Assembly: GCA_964538865.1 (NCBI GenBank)
Contig: CAZIHU010000002.1
Coordinates: 30,163-94,162 of the forward strand
Reading direction: 5' to 3'
DNA: 64,000 nt
Source of the DNA: an uncultured Candidatus Peribacteria bacterium
GTDB lineage: Bacteria > Patescibacteriota > Gracilibacteria > UBA1369 > UBA12470
A program made the position numbers and the translations under genes. This document shows, piece after piece, positions 8,429 through 17,367 of the stretch (positions within the stretch are counted from its first letter, which is position 1; every line of letters starts with the position of its first letter). Below the pieces are notes generated by a model, which saw only the letters and a program-made list of their open reading frames with translations, did no database searches and had not been told where the DNA came from.

Positions 8429-9079
8429 CTTCTTCGTCACAGGCCCAACCTCCCCGACCTTCACGCCATCGATTTCTGTAATTCCAGAAACACCGGTAGT
8501 AGTTTTTGTAATAAAAATCTCATCAACCTTCTTTAGTTCATCAGGAGTAATTTCGCCAAACTCAACATCCACCAAATCCATCACAACCTCGCGCGTGACC
8601 CCTCGCAAAATATCCCGATCAGTCGTAAAAACCTGCCCATCCTTCACCCAAAAAACATTCGAATAAGCACCCTCCCGCACATTCCCATCACGATCAACAA
8701 GCAAAGCCTCATAATGCCCCTGCCTCTCAGCTTCATCATGCGCATCCAGCGACACATCATACGGAAAAGCTTTCGCCTCAGGCCGCTCACGCTCAACTTC
8801 CAAACAAATCGCAGACTTCCCCCCAGGCGACTCCGAAGCAATCGGATAAGTCTCAATCACGACATCATCAGGAGTCGCAACAACTCTGATCCGCTTAGGC
8901 CCATCGAACGTAAGCGCCAAAACCATCTCACGAATCTCATCAAGCGACTTCGGAAGCGACATCCCAACAATCTCAGCCGACCTCTCAAGACGTCGCAAAT
9001 GTTCATCTAATTTAAAAACCTCACGGCCATAATTTCGCATCGTCTCGAACACACCGAATTCTGGGCGAAATGGCTTCAT
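8387..9079 (-). CDS. pabC: class IV aminotransferase / aminodeoxychorismate lyase
   Basis: 230 aa; FETMRNYGREVFKLDEHLRRLERSAE and fold-type IV pattern; translationally coupled to pabB upstream. Confidence 0.7.
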   Translation of the reverse strand: MKPFRPEFGVFETMRNYGREVFKLDEHLRRLERSAEIVGMSLPKSLDEIREMVLALTFDGPKRIRVVATPDDVVIETYPIASESPGGKSAICLEVERERPEAKAFPYDVSLDAHDEAERQGHYEALLVDRDGNVREGAYSNVFWVKDGQVFTTDRDILRGVTREVVMDLVDVEFGEITPDELKKVDEIFITKTTTGVSGITEIDGVKVGEVGPVTKKLNLHFANLEEVSD

Positions 9080-10251
9080 AAGTTAAGAAAAGATTTAGCT
9101 TTATCAAGAGTTTCTTGGTACTCAGCATCATTCTCGGAATCCGCAACAATGCCGCCTCCCACATTTAAATACAGCTTCCCATCACGAGCAACAAGAGTCC
9201 GAATCACAATATTCGTATCCATATTCCCACAATTACTAATGTAGCCAATCGCACCCGTATAAGCTCCACGTTTAACAGGTTCAAGCTCATCGATAATCTC
9301 CATCGCACGCTTTTTCGGGCAACCAGTAATCGACCCACCCGGCATGCAAGCATATAACAAATCAACAGCATCGAGATCGCTACGCAAAACCCCCTCAACA
9401 CGCGAATAAGTATGCCAAACAGTCGGACATTTTTGAATCGCCCGATGCTCCGCCACCACGACGCTCCCAATTTCACAAACCTGCCCAATATCATTCCGCA
9501 AAAGATCAGTAATCATCGATAGCTCCGCCGCTTCTTTTTCGTTATCCATAAGATCACACAAAAGCCGCTCATCCTCCTCCGGCGTCTGCCCCCGCGGACG
9601 AGTCCCCTTAGTCGGATGCGTGATGACTTTTTTATTTTTTAGTTTTAAAAACCTTTCTGGCGAAGCGCTCAACAATTTGCAGTCCCGAGCTTCCAAATAA
9701 ACACTAAACGGCGCTGGATTCACTTCGCAAATACGAGCAAATAACGCCCGCTTATCTCCGTCAAAATTCGCCGTCAACCGATGCGTCAAATTAACCTGGT
9801 AAATATCCCCATCCAAAATATATTCCTTGATCTTCGCAAAAGCCTCATTGTAATACTCTTCCGACATCTCAGGCTCAAATTTAATGCCAAACTTCTTGGC
9901 CGCCCCGGGGCGGCGACCCCAAATCTCGCGAACTTTCTTAGGAGCACTCGTAAAAATTTTCTCCCCATCAAAACATAAAAAATCCTCATAATAATTCGCA
10001 CTCATCGCAGGCATATCATAAGAAAAATACCCGATCCAGCCACCGCAAAAAGGAACATCGCCAGATTCGCAAGCATCACGCTCTCGCAACTCCTCATAAC
10101 TCCCCGCATGCTTTACCGGATTCCACGCAATAATAGACCAATGCTCTCCCTCAGTATTCCGGCCCGTATGCAGGAACGCAACATCACGCTCTTCTCGCAT
10201 TTTCAAGAAAAACTCCATCAGATCAAAATTTTCAATCTCAATATTTTCCAT
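9076..10251 (-). CDS. pabB: aminodeoxychorismate synthase component I (chorismate-binding)
   Basis: 391 aa; chorismate-binding motifs SPERFL, PGGSITGCPK, RGAYTGAIGY, GGGIVADS; gene context pabA-pabB-pabC. Confidence 0.8.
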   Translation of the reverse strand: MENIEIENFDLMEFFLKMREERDVAFLHTGRNTEGEHWSIIAWNPVKHAGSYEELRERDACESGDVPFCGGWIGYFSYDMPAMSANYYEDFLCFDGEKIFTSAPKKVREIWGRRPGAAKKFGIKFEPEMSEEYYNEAFAKIKEYILDGDIYQVNLTHRLTANFDGDKRALFARICEVNPAPFSVYLEARDCKLLSASPERFLKLKNKKVITHPTKGTRPRGQTPEEDERLLCDLMDNEKEAAELSMITDLLRNDIGQVCEIGSVVVAEHRAIQKCPTVWHTYSRVEGVLRSDLDAVDLLYACMPGGSITGCPKKRAMEIIDELEPVKRGAYTGAIGYISNCGNMDTNIVIRTLVARDGKLYLNVGGGIVADSENDAEYQETLDKAKSFLNL

Positions 10252-10792
10252 TCAAAAAATTAGTAATCAAAATATCCCCACCCTCAGTCAAAAAAGACTC
10301 AGGATGAAACTGCACCCCAAAAGTTGGCGCATCACAATGCTGCATCGCCATAATCACATCATCATCAGTCCATGCGGTCAGCTCAAACTCCTCCGGTACA
10401 CGGTTCACAACAAGCGAATGATAGCGCGCAACCTTAAAAGGATTCGGCGCACCTGCAAAAATCCCCCGACCTTCATGCGCAATCTCCGAAGTTTTCCCAT
10501 GCATCACCTTCGGAGCCCGCACAGTCCGCGCCCCAAAAACCTCACCCATACATTGATGCCCGAGACAAACGCCCAAAAGAGGCTTCTTGCCATGAAATTC
10601 CCGAATCACATCACAAGAAATCCCAGCATCCCTCGGCGTCTTCGGTCCCGGAGAAATCACAATCGCATCATACGGACTCGCATCCACCTCTTCATCATGC
10701 TTCCGCACATCAACATCGCCCCCCAGCCGCTCAATTTGCTGATAGAGGTTAAAAGTAAAAGAGTCGTAATTGTCGATAAGAAGTATTTTCAT
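10238..10792 (-). CDS. pabA: glutamine amidotransferase component II (PabA/TrpG type)
   Basis: ORF track 10238..10873; homology starts at MKILLIDNYDSFTFNLYQ; catalytic GVCLGHQ and HPES motifs. Confidence 0.85.
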   Translation of the reverse strand: MKILLIDNYDSFTFNLYQQIERLGGDVDVRKHDEEVDASPYDAIVISPGPKTPRDAGISCDVIREFHGKKPLLGVCLGHQCMGEVFGARTVRAPKVMHGKTSEIAHEGRGIFAGAPNPFKVARYHSLVVNRVPEEFELTAWTDDDVIMAMQHCDAPTFGVQFHPESFLTEGGDILITNFLNGKY

Positions 10793-10822
10793 AGACCGGG
10801 AATGGAGTGTACAATAAAAACC

Positions 10823-11095
10823 ATGAAAAATCTCGAAAAAAGAATCACTGCACTCGAAAATCGCAATCGCCACGTCGAATCCAACAAAGCCTGGGAAACA
10901 AGTCTAACCCGTCGCACGATCCTCACGCTCCTGACCTACCTCGCAATCGGCGCATATCTCCATGCAATTCAAATCCCCGACCCCTGGCTCCACGCAATCG
11001 TCCCAGCAGTAGCATTCATGCTTTCAACATTTACATTGCCTTTCTTCAAAAAACTATGGCTAAGAAAGCAAAACACCATTTCTTCTGATTTCTGA
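10823..11095 (+). CDS. small membrane protein, hypothetical
   Basis: Last 90 codons (MKNLEKRITALE...) of the chimeric ORF 10304..11095, whose upstream part is antisense to pabA; two hydrophobic segments; 3' end runs into a TTTCTGA heptad array. Confidence 0.45.
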   Translation: MKNLEKRITALENRNRHVESNKAWETSLTRRTILTLLTYLAIGAYLHAIQIPDPWLHAIVPAVAFMLSTFTLPFFKKLWLRKQNTISSDF

Positions 11096-11115
11096 TTTCT
11101 AATTTCTCACTATTC

Positions 11116-11535
11116 ATGAAAATCAAAAAAACCACCAACAAACTCCTCATCCGCCTCAACAAAGGAGACGAAATAATCGCGTCTCTCACCGAAGCCTGCC
11201 GCGAAAACAACATCCAAACAGCCTCCTTAACAGGCATCGGCGCAGCAAATGAAGCCAAAATCGGTGCAATCGACCCAAAAACAGGTATTTACGTCTCACG
11301 AACATTCACCGGCGACTTAGAAATCGCCTCCCTAACCGGCAACATCACGCTCAAGGACGGCGAACCGTTCCCGCACATCCACATCGTAATAGGCGACGAA
11401 AACTACAAAGCGTTCGCAGGCCACCTACTCGAAGCCAACATCAGCATAACTTGCGAAATCATCCTCGATCCATTAGACGAAACGATCACCCGCTCCCTCG
11501 ACGAGGAAACGAAAGCAAAGACGTGGAACTTATGA
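11116..11535 (+). CDS. PPC (DUF296) domain DNA-binding protein
   Basis: 139 aa; GDEIIASL...SLTGIGA...LTGNITL.DGEPFPHIHIVIGD pattern typical of PPC/DUF296. Confidence 0.75.
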   Translation: MKIKKTTNKLLIRLNKGDEIIASLTEACRENNIQTASLTGIGAANEAKIGAIDPKTGIYVSRTFTGDLEIASLTGNITLKDGEPFPHIHIVIGDENYKAFAGHLLEANISITCEIILDPLDETITRSLDEETKAKTWNL

Positions 11536-11607
11536 TCATGACTAAACAGGCTTAGCAAAATCCCCAGCACGGTGGGTAATGGCGACCACAATTTTTCAAG
11601 GTTTTTC

Positions 11608-12498
11608 TCACGAAAACAAGCCCGTACTTAAATATTTCTCACCCCGATCAGGGAAGACTACAACGATATTGCCGCGATCGAGATTTTTAGCGACAGAAAG
11701 TCCAGCCACCAAAGCCGCCCCCGAGCTCATCCCAACAAAAACACCTTCCTCCCGCGCAAGGCGCCGGGCCATTTTATAAGCATCTTCTTTCTCGACAGAA
11801 ATTCGCTCATCAATCGCACCATTATCAAAAATATCTCCGTGAAAATCCCCCTCCGGATTCTGCAAACCTTGGATTTGATAGCCAGATGGTGGAATAACTC
11901 CAATAATACGCGTATCAGGAGAACTTTCACGGAATTTCTTAGAAAATCCCATGATAGTTCCGCTTGTCCCGGTTCCTGCTACTAAAGCATCAATACCCTC
12001 AGGCAAATCCTCCAAAATCTCCTCAGCAGTGTAGTAATGAGCCTCTGTGTTATCTGGATTGTTAAATTGGTTCGAAAACCAATATTTCTCAGGAGACTGC
12101 TTAGTAAGCTCACGCGCCTTAGCGATCGCACCTCCGGTTCCAAGCGCTTTATCGGTCAAAATAAGCTCAGCACCATAAGCTCTCATAACGGTTCGTCTTT
12201 CCTCGCTCATACCTTCGGACATGAGGATTTTGACTTTGTAGCCTTTTTGGGCGGCAACCATAGCCAGCGCTATCCCCATATTCCCACTTGTCGCTTCAAG
12301 AATAGTCATCCCAGGCTTAAGTTGCCCGCGTTTTTCGGCTTGTTCGATCATAAAAAGCGCAGCACGATCCTTGATAGAACCGCTGGGATTTTGGCCTTCC
12401 AGCTTCGCGTACAGGTTGACTCGCGGATTCTGCGTGAATTTATTGAGTTTCACGAGGGGGGTGTTGCCAATTGAGTTTAAAAGATTGTTATAAATCAT
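11608..12498 (-). CDS. cysK: cysteine synthase (O-acetylserine sulfhydrylase)
   Basis: 296 aa; GNTPLVKL, PLP-lysine region NPSGSIKDRAA, TSGNMGIALA, GTGTSGT loop. Confidence 0.9.
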   Translation of the reverse strand: MIYNNLLNSIGNTPLVKLNKFTQNPRVNLYAKLEGQNPSGSIKDRAALFMIEQAEKRGQLKPGMTILEATSGNMGIALAMVAAQKGYKVKILMSEGMSEERRTVMRAYGAELILTDKALGTGGAIAKARELTKQSPEKYWFSNQFNNPDNTEAHYYTAEEILEDLPEGIDALVAGTGTSGTIMGFSKKFRESSPDTRIIGVIPPSGYQIQGLQNPEGDFHGDIFDNGAIDERISVEKEDAYKMARRLAREEGVFVGMSSGAALVAGLSVAKNLDRGNIVVVFPDRGEKYLSTGLFS

Positions 12499-12515
12499 AG
12501 TTTTTAGGGTTAAAT

Positions 12516-12545
12516 TAAAAAAACTCTCGATCTGGATTCGAGAGT
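12516..12545 (-). terminator. intrinsic terminator inside the cysK leader (attenuator stem 3:4)
   Basis: Minus-strand RNA ACUCUCGA-AUCCAGA-UCGAGAGU followed by U7, ending about 17 nt before the cysK ATG. Confidence 0.7.
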
Positions 12546-12571
12546 CGCTGCAAGGTGTTTTTATTTAAAAA

Positions 12572-12643
12572 TCAACACAAACAGGCGGCTCTCGGGAGAG
12601 AGCAGCAACAACAAGTTAAATTGTGTAAATTTTGAATCTTCAT
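12572..12643 (-). CDS. candidate Cys-rich leader peptide (23 aa) of cysK attenuator
   Basis: ATG AAG ATT CAA AAT TTA CAC AAT TTA ACT TGT TGT TGC TGC TCT CTC CCG AGA GCC GCC TGT TTG TGT TGA = MKIQNLHNLTCCCCSLPRAACLC*; TATAAT lies 9 nt upstream of its ATG. Confidence 0.6.
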   Translation of the reverse strand: MKIQNLHNLTCCCCSLPRAACLC

Positions 12644-12704
12644 CTCACTACAATTATACATCTTTCCGGGGGGCTTGTAAAGTCTTGCTTTGTACAAGGA
12701 GAGG

Positions 12705-12826
12705 GTGGGATGACGCTTTGCTTCGCAAAGCTAGGCTTCTGCGTCTTGCTCGGTAATGTCTAAATTTCATTTAGCCATTACGCTCACTCGACTTGAAGCA
12801 GCGAACCCTGCGGGTCCGCATCCCAC
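12705..12826 (-). ncRNA. candidate structured RNA linked to tRNA-Ser (copy 2)
   Basis: Same architecture as 7095..7218 with changed but still pairing stems: closing stem GUGGGAUG/CAUCCCAC, hairpin GCGGACCC-GCA-GGGUUCGC (G.U only on minus strand), apical CUAAAU-GAA-AUUUAG, hairpin GCUUUGC-GAA-GCAAAGC. Confidence 0.55.
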
Positions 12827-12875
12827 TCTCGGCTAATCGAACTCAGCCCTTACCTTCGGCAAGGTCTGATTTCGA

Positions 12876-12967
<92 letters not shown>

Positions 12968-12999
12968 GTAATTTAGCAGAAAGGATTATAGGCGACACT

Positions 13000-13042
13000 A
13001 AAAAAATCCACAAGCTCCGCGTGAACGAAAACTTGTGGATTT
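13000..13042 (-). terminator. intrinsic terminator after the 13064..13675 gene
   Basis: Minus strand AAAUCCACAAG...CUUGUGGAUUU (11-bp stem) followed by U7; a TATAAT follows, upstream of tRNA-Ser(UGA). Confidence 0.6.
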
Positions 13043-13063
13043 GCAATGTTTATAACAAGATTC

Positions 13064-13675
13064 TTAATGAATAGCCTGAGGAATCCAATGAGTATCACGG
13101 AGCTCAACAACTGGTTCTCCAGTGTTAGGATCAACTACTTGTTCTCCAGTCCAATAATCAATAACAGGAGTCTCAAACATGATGTATCCATCACAATCAC
13201 CTGTTCTCTCATCAACAGTAACAGCGACAACAGGGATCTCCCAAGCAAACTGAGCAAAATCTACAGAGGTATTAGTACAATAATGAAACGTAAGCGCATC
13301 AAGCTCTTCATATTCAGCTTCGCAGTCGCTCCTCCCTTCATCACTCATACATACGGTAACCTCTTCCTCGATAGGGCCTGCCTTCATGTATTTAGGTCCA
13401 TAAGCAGTTTCTACTAACAATTTCATTACACCGCTCTTCGTAGCGTCTACCGTGGTGGACATTTCGATACACTCAATATAACCACCGCTCGAACCACCGA
13501 TTATATGTGCATCCTCTTCAACCGTAAGAGTAGCGTCAGCTTCTTCTCCGCATACAAAACCGTCATTATAACAATTCTTAGCAGTTTGTGGGAACATGTC
13601 GCAACCACCAGCTAATCCCGCAGCAACACCTGCAGCAACAAGCCAACTTGTTTTTTGTACTTCTGTTGAAGTCAT
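13064..13675 (-). CDS. lipoprotein, hypothetical
   Basis: 203 aa; signal plus lipobox LAGGC; upstream TTGACT-17-TTTAAT promoter-like boxes and TTTAACCC box 10 nt before ATG. Confidence 0.6.
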   Translation of the reverse strand: MTSTEVQKTSWLVAAGVAAGLAGGCDMFPQTAKNCYNDGFVCGEEADATLTVEEDAHIIGGSSGGYIECIEMSTTVDATKSGVMKLLVETAYGPKYMKAGPIEEEVTVCMSDEGRSDCEAEYEELDALTFHYCTNTSVDFAQFAWEIPVVAVTVDERTGDCDGYIMFETPVIDYWTGEQVVDPNTGEPVVELRDTHWIPQAIH

Positions 13676-13741
13676 AATAAATAGGGTTAAATCTATTAAG
13701 GAAGGTAATTAAAACATAAACCCTCAAAAAAGTCAAGGGCA

Positions 13742-13820
13742 AAATCCGACATTCTACATTCGATATTCCAAATCCCACATTCAGCATTCGAAATCCGACA
13801 TTCCAAATTCAAGATTCCAA
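13742..13820. repeat. 7-nt periodic tandem array (ACATTCG family, about 11 units)
   Basis: aaatccg acattct acattcg atattcc aaatccc acattca gcattcg aaatccg acattcc aaattca agattcc; overlaps the last codons of the S41 peptidase gene. Confidence 0.8.
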
Positions 13821-15023
13821 ATACAAAAGCGCCTCCTCAAACTGCTCATCTTCTTCAGTTTCATAATCCTGCGAAACCAAAATATCAGGAGTAATTCCAG
13901 TATCATCAATGCTTCTACCGGCAGGGGTATACCATTTAGCAACAGTCAGCCGTAAACTCGATCCATCGCTCAATTCCTCAACAATCTGCACACTTCCTTT
14001 TCCGAAAGTCTGCTCACCGATAACAATACCAAGTTCATAATCCTGAATAGCACCCGCTACAATTTCAGCTGCAGAAGCAGAACCACTATTCGCCAGAACA
14101 ACCAGGGGTAAGCCCTCCAGAGCAGATTTCCCGGAAGTATAGTGAATTTCGTTATTCTCCTCATCCTTCATCTTCACAACGACAGCCTTTTCAGTACCTT
14201 CAATAAAATCAGACAAAACATCAACAGAAGTATCAAGATACCCTCCTCCGTTATTCCTAACATCCAAAATCACGCCTTTGACATCATTTAACAAAATCTC
14301 ATTAACAGCCTCATGAAACTCATTAATAGTATCATCACCAAACTGATAAATGCTAACGTACGCAATATCCGAATTTTCCCCAACAAACTCCCAATCAACA
14401 CTATCAATTTGAACAGTATCTCTCTCAATTTCAAAAACCAAATAATCCTCCTCTCCTTCTCGAATAATAGTAAGCTCAACAATCGTCCCTTTCTCACCTC
14501 GAATCGCCATCACAGCATCCATGATAGTCATCTCACTCGCAATCTCGCCATCAATCAGATAAACAATATCACCAGGCAGTAAAAACTCCTCAGCAGGCGC
14601 ACCTTTTATCGGGGTAATAATTACAAGCTCACCATCCTCCACAGTCAACTCAGCACCAACCCCCTCAAGCTCGCCACCCATATTTTCCATAAACTCAAGT
14701 GTCTCATCAGGATCCATAAAGTCCGTATAAGGGTCACCGATAGCCGAAACCATACCATCAACAGCACTCCAAAGCATTTCCTCATCATTAAGCAAAGTCT
14801 CATCTATATAATATTCATCAAGAAGCTCCCAAGTATCCCAAAAAAGTTCAAGATCAATCTCCTCATCCTCAATTACCTCCTCTTCATCCTCCGTCACCTG
14901 TTCTATCCAGTCAATCCCCTCTACATCATAATAAAAATACGCCCCCGTCCACCCGATCATAAAAAGCACAACCATGGACAAAAACGTCTTAAGCGGGTTC
15001 TTCCTGTTATAGTAGTATTTCAT
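13809..15023 (-). CDS. ctp: S41 family C-terminal processing peptidase
   Basis: ORF track 13809..15065 starts at TTG inside a heptad array; likely start MKYYYNRKN; PDZ region then GGGYLD and catalytic SASAAEI / TFGKGS motifs. Confidence 0.85.
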   Translation of the reverse strand: MKYYYNRKNPLKTFLSMVVLFMIGWTGAYFYYDVEGIDWIEQVTEDEEEVIEDEEIDLELFWDTWELLDEYYIDETLLNDEEMLWSAVDGMVSAIGDPYTDFMDPDETLEFMENMGGELEGVGAELTVEDGELVIITPIKGAPAEEFLLPGDIVYLIDGEIASEMTIMDAVMAIRGEKGTIVELTIIREGEEDYLVFEIERDTVQIDSVDWEFVGENSDIAYVSIYQFGDDTINEFHEAVNEILLNDVKGVILDVRNNGGGYLDTSVDVLSDFIEGTEKAVVVKMKDEENNEIHYTSGKSALEGLPLVVLANSGSASAAEIVAGAIQDYELGIVIGEQTFGKGSVQIVEELSDGSSLRLTVAKWYTPAGRSIDDTGITPDILVSQDYETEEDEQFEEALLYLES

Positions 15024-15037
15024 TTTGTTTTTTTTAG

Positions 15038-15067
15038 CTTGCAACTTGCAACTTGCAGCTTGCAATT
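15038..15067. repeat. 7-nt periodic tandem array (CTTGCAA x4)
   Basis: cttgcaa cttgcaa cttgcag cttgcaa directly upstream of the peptidase gene; unit contains palindrome TTGCAA. Confidence 0.8.
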
Positions 15068-15139
15068 CGCGAATAAAAATACCACAGTTCCGTTTTAGGC
15101 TCTAGGCAATTAGCAGAGGGGCCAGGCTTTAGAAGGGGA

Positions 15140-15925
15140 CTATAACTCAACTTCACGTAAAACTTGTTCGACCTTATTCTTTTCCAAAAGCTCCAAGAAA
15201 ACCGCACCAAAAACAGCCGTTCCTTCAGTTGCAATCGTATGCTTAACCGGCATCTGCGTTAAGAAATTTTTCAAAATAGGCTCCTTATCAATCCCGATAA
15301 TAGAATCCTTCAGCCCAACCATCCCAACATCACTTATATAAACCGTACCTCCCGGCAAAACCTGCGCATCAGCAGTCGGCACATGCGTATGAGTCCCCAA
15401 AACTGCCGAAACTCGCCCATCAAGATAATGCCCAAGCGCAACTTTCTCGCTCGTAGCCTCAGCATGAAAATCCACAAGCACACCATCCACCTGCTCATGC
15501 TCAGTCTCCTCAAGAATTCGATCTACAACTCGAAAAGGGCAATCATAATCATGTTTTATAAAAATCCTCCCATGCAAATTGATAACAAGCAGTCGCTTCA
15601 TCAAAGCAGTCTCCAGAATCCGCCATCCGCGCCCCGGACAATCAGGTGCAAAATTCGCCGGCCTAATCACAAGCGGCTCCTTCTCGTCCATCCGCGCAAA
15701 AACATCCTTCTGCTGCCAAATATGATGCCCAGAAGTAAAAAAATCGATCCCATAACTATGAAGCTCATCAAGGTGTCGGCAGTTAATACCCTTCCCGCGT
15801 GAAACATTCTCCCCATTCGCAATAATAAGATCAGGTTTATACTCCTTCTTAAGCTTCGGAAGAAGTTCCTGCACCGCTTCACGCCCCGGCTCGCCAACAA
15901 TGTCTCCGATGAAGATAATTTTCAT
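15140..15925 (-). CDS. ymdB: YmdB-like metallophosphoesterase (TIGR00282 type)
   Basis: 261 aa; MKIIFIGDIVG, ANGEN, GHH, and overall calcineurin-like motifs typical of YmdB. Confidence 0.85.
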   Translation of the reverse strand: MKIIFIGDIVGEPGREAVQELLPKLKKEYKPDLIIANGENVSRGKGINCRHLDELHSYGIDFFTSGHHIWQQKDVFARMDEKEPLVIRPANFAPDCPGRGWRILETALMKRLLVINLHGRIFIKHDYDCPFRVVDRILEETEHEQVDGVLVDFHAEATSEKVALGHYLDGRVSAVLGTHTHVPTADAQVLPGGTVYISDVGMVGLKDSIIGIDKEPILKNFLTQMPVKHTIATEGTAVFGAVFLELLEKNKVEQVLREVEL

Positions 15926-16001
15926 GGTACGATTTTACCTTAAACCCCTTGCAAAAAGCCAGGCCATAAGGTTATAATCACCGCCTTTAACCAAATCAAC
16001 T

Positions 16002-16496
16002 ATGCCTCCTGAAGAAATACAACACTTGCCACCAGAAATTGACCGTCTCGACGCAGACCTCGTGGGGAGCGGCGCAAGAGCATTATACTTAAAATTAATT
16101 GAACTCGGAGACAACGGATTAACAATGGAGGAGCTATCAGACAGTCCATGGGTAGGTGCGACAAACGGATTGATAGAAGCAGGGTATGCGGAAATCGGAT
16201 ACGCTCTTGACGATCTTGTAGGAGAAGGATGCGGACTTGTTTTAAGAGCGGTAAAAGTAGAAGGCTTCTCAGTTTTCTTAGCAGACAACCCGGAAGACAG
16301 CATAGACCAGCCGATAGGGTTCATTAATATGCTTAGAGGGCCTGAAGAATTAGAACGTGACGGTGGATATTATGTTGAACAACGTCGGTCAGGGGAACAC
16401 GTAATGAAATTAGCCACCCGTTTCTATGGTTTGCGAACAAACCTCGTGCTAGAAAAAACAGAAGTCGGATTTACGGTTGCAAGTCGATCCTACTAG
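16002..16496 (+). CDS. hypothetical protein
   Basis: 164-aa ORF with TTGCAA-18-TATAAT and TTTAAC box 10 nt upstream of ATG; preferred over the antisense ORF 15935..16324. Confidence 0.5.
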   Translation: MPPEEIQHLPPEIDRLDADLVGSGARALYLKLIELGDNGLTMEELSDSPWVGATNGLIEAGYAEIGYALDDLVGEGCGLVLRAVKVEGFSVFLADNPEDSIDQPIGFINMLRGPEELERDGGYYVEQRRSGEHVMKLATRFYGLRTNLVLEKTEVGFTVASRSY

Positions 16497-17307
16497 CGTT
16501 CAAAAACTTCTCAACAAACTCCGCAACCTCCGGACGATCTTTGAAAGGATCCATCCGCCTTTCCTCATCTTCACAAAACACAAAACCAAGTAAATATGCG
16601 GCGATAGCTTCTGCAAGTTCCTCATTTACAGCAATTGTCCATGCAGTGGGATCTTCAGGATATTCACCGCCATCAACCCTATAAGTCGAGGAATAATGAG
16701 ACATTGCAGGAATACTCTCGGTCAAGCCAGCAAATTCAATAAGAACTTCTAGCCCTTCTTTGACTTCATCACCAAGCTTCAGTTTGTAACTAGTATTATA
16801 AGACATCTCAACTGCAATACTATGCGCATACTCGTGGATCAGCCCCTCCGCAAGAATAATAGTCTTAACCATATCACTTAAACCTTCACCATCCGGAATT
16901 GAATACAAATAGATATCAGCAGCCGGTGAACCAGTCCTTTGCCAAGGTTCATAGCTGATATAAGAAGGAATAATCGCTGTAGGCGAAAGAGCCTCGTCGA
17001 CATCAGTAGTAGGCTTGGGCTCCTCAGCAGTTGAATCACGATGAAACCACATAGAAGGCGCACCAACGATTTTCCTGGTAATAGACCTGTCACGTGCTGC
17101 CTGCGGAAATCGAGATAAAAGAGCCGCAACCAATCCAGAATGCAAAGACACATGCTCCAAACTCTCCAAATCCGGCGTAGCAATAGCTGCATCACCACCT
17201 TCCGTTATCTGTTTATGCAGCGCGCATTCATCTTGAGCATACCACTCAATGGTTGAAGCCATATCGAAGCCCGATAAAGCATCCGAAGTTTCTAATTGAT
17301 CTGTCAT
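16471..17307 (-). CDS. hypothetical protein with HExxH motif (putative metallopeptidase)
   Basis: 278 aa; LIHEYAHSI; promoter-like TTGACG-17-TAGAAT upstream. Confidence 0.5.
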   Translation of the reverse strand: MTDQLETSDALSGFDMASTIEWYAQDECALHKQITEGGDAAIATPDLESLEHVSLHSGLVAALLSRFPQAARDRSITRKIVGAPSMWFHRDSTAEEPKPTTDVDEALSPTAIIPSYISYEPWQRTGSPAADIYLYSIPDGEGLSDMVKTIILAEGLIHEYAHSIAVEMSYNTSYKLKLGDEVKEGLEVLIEFAGLTESIPAMSHYSSTYRVDGGEYPEDPTAWTIAVNEELAEAIAAYLLGFVFCEDEERRMDPFKDRPEVAEFVEKFLNASRIDLQP

Positions 17308-17367
17308 AGAGATTTGTTAAAGGACGCAATTCTAAAACAATCACGGCAGAACGTCAAGTACGAAAGC

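Larger units (their letters stand above)
12499..12680 (-). promoter_or_regulatory. cysK promoter plus transcription-attenuation leader
   Basis: TTACAA-16 nt-TATAAT, leader ORF, stem 1:2 GCUCUC-UCCC-GAGAGC (12588..12603), alternative 2:3 pairing CGAGAGCCGC with GCGACUCUCG (9 of 10 bp), terminator 3:4 plus U7. Confidence 0.6.

Noticed and set aside
13000-13042. AAATCCACA strings as DnaA boxes or a replication origin
   Set aside because: They are the two arms of a single terminator hairpin followed by a U-tract. There is no cluster of boxes, no AT-rich unwinding element, no dnaA or dnaN nearby, and no skew switch in the window.
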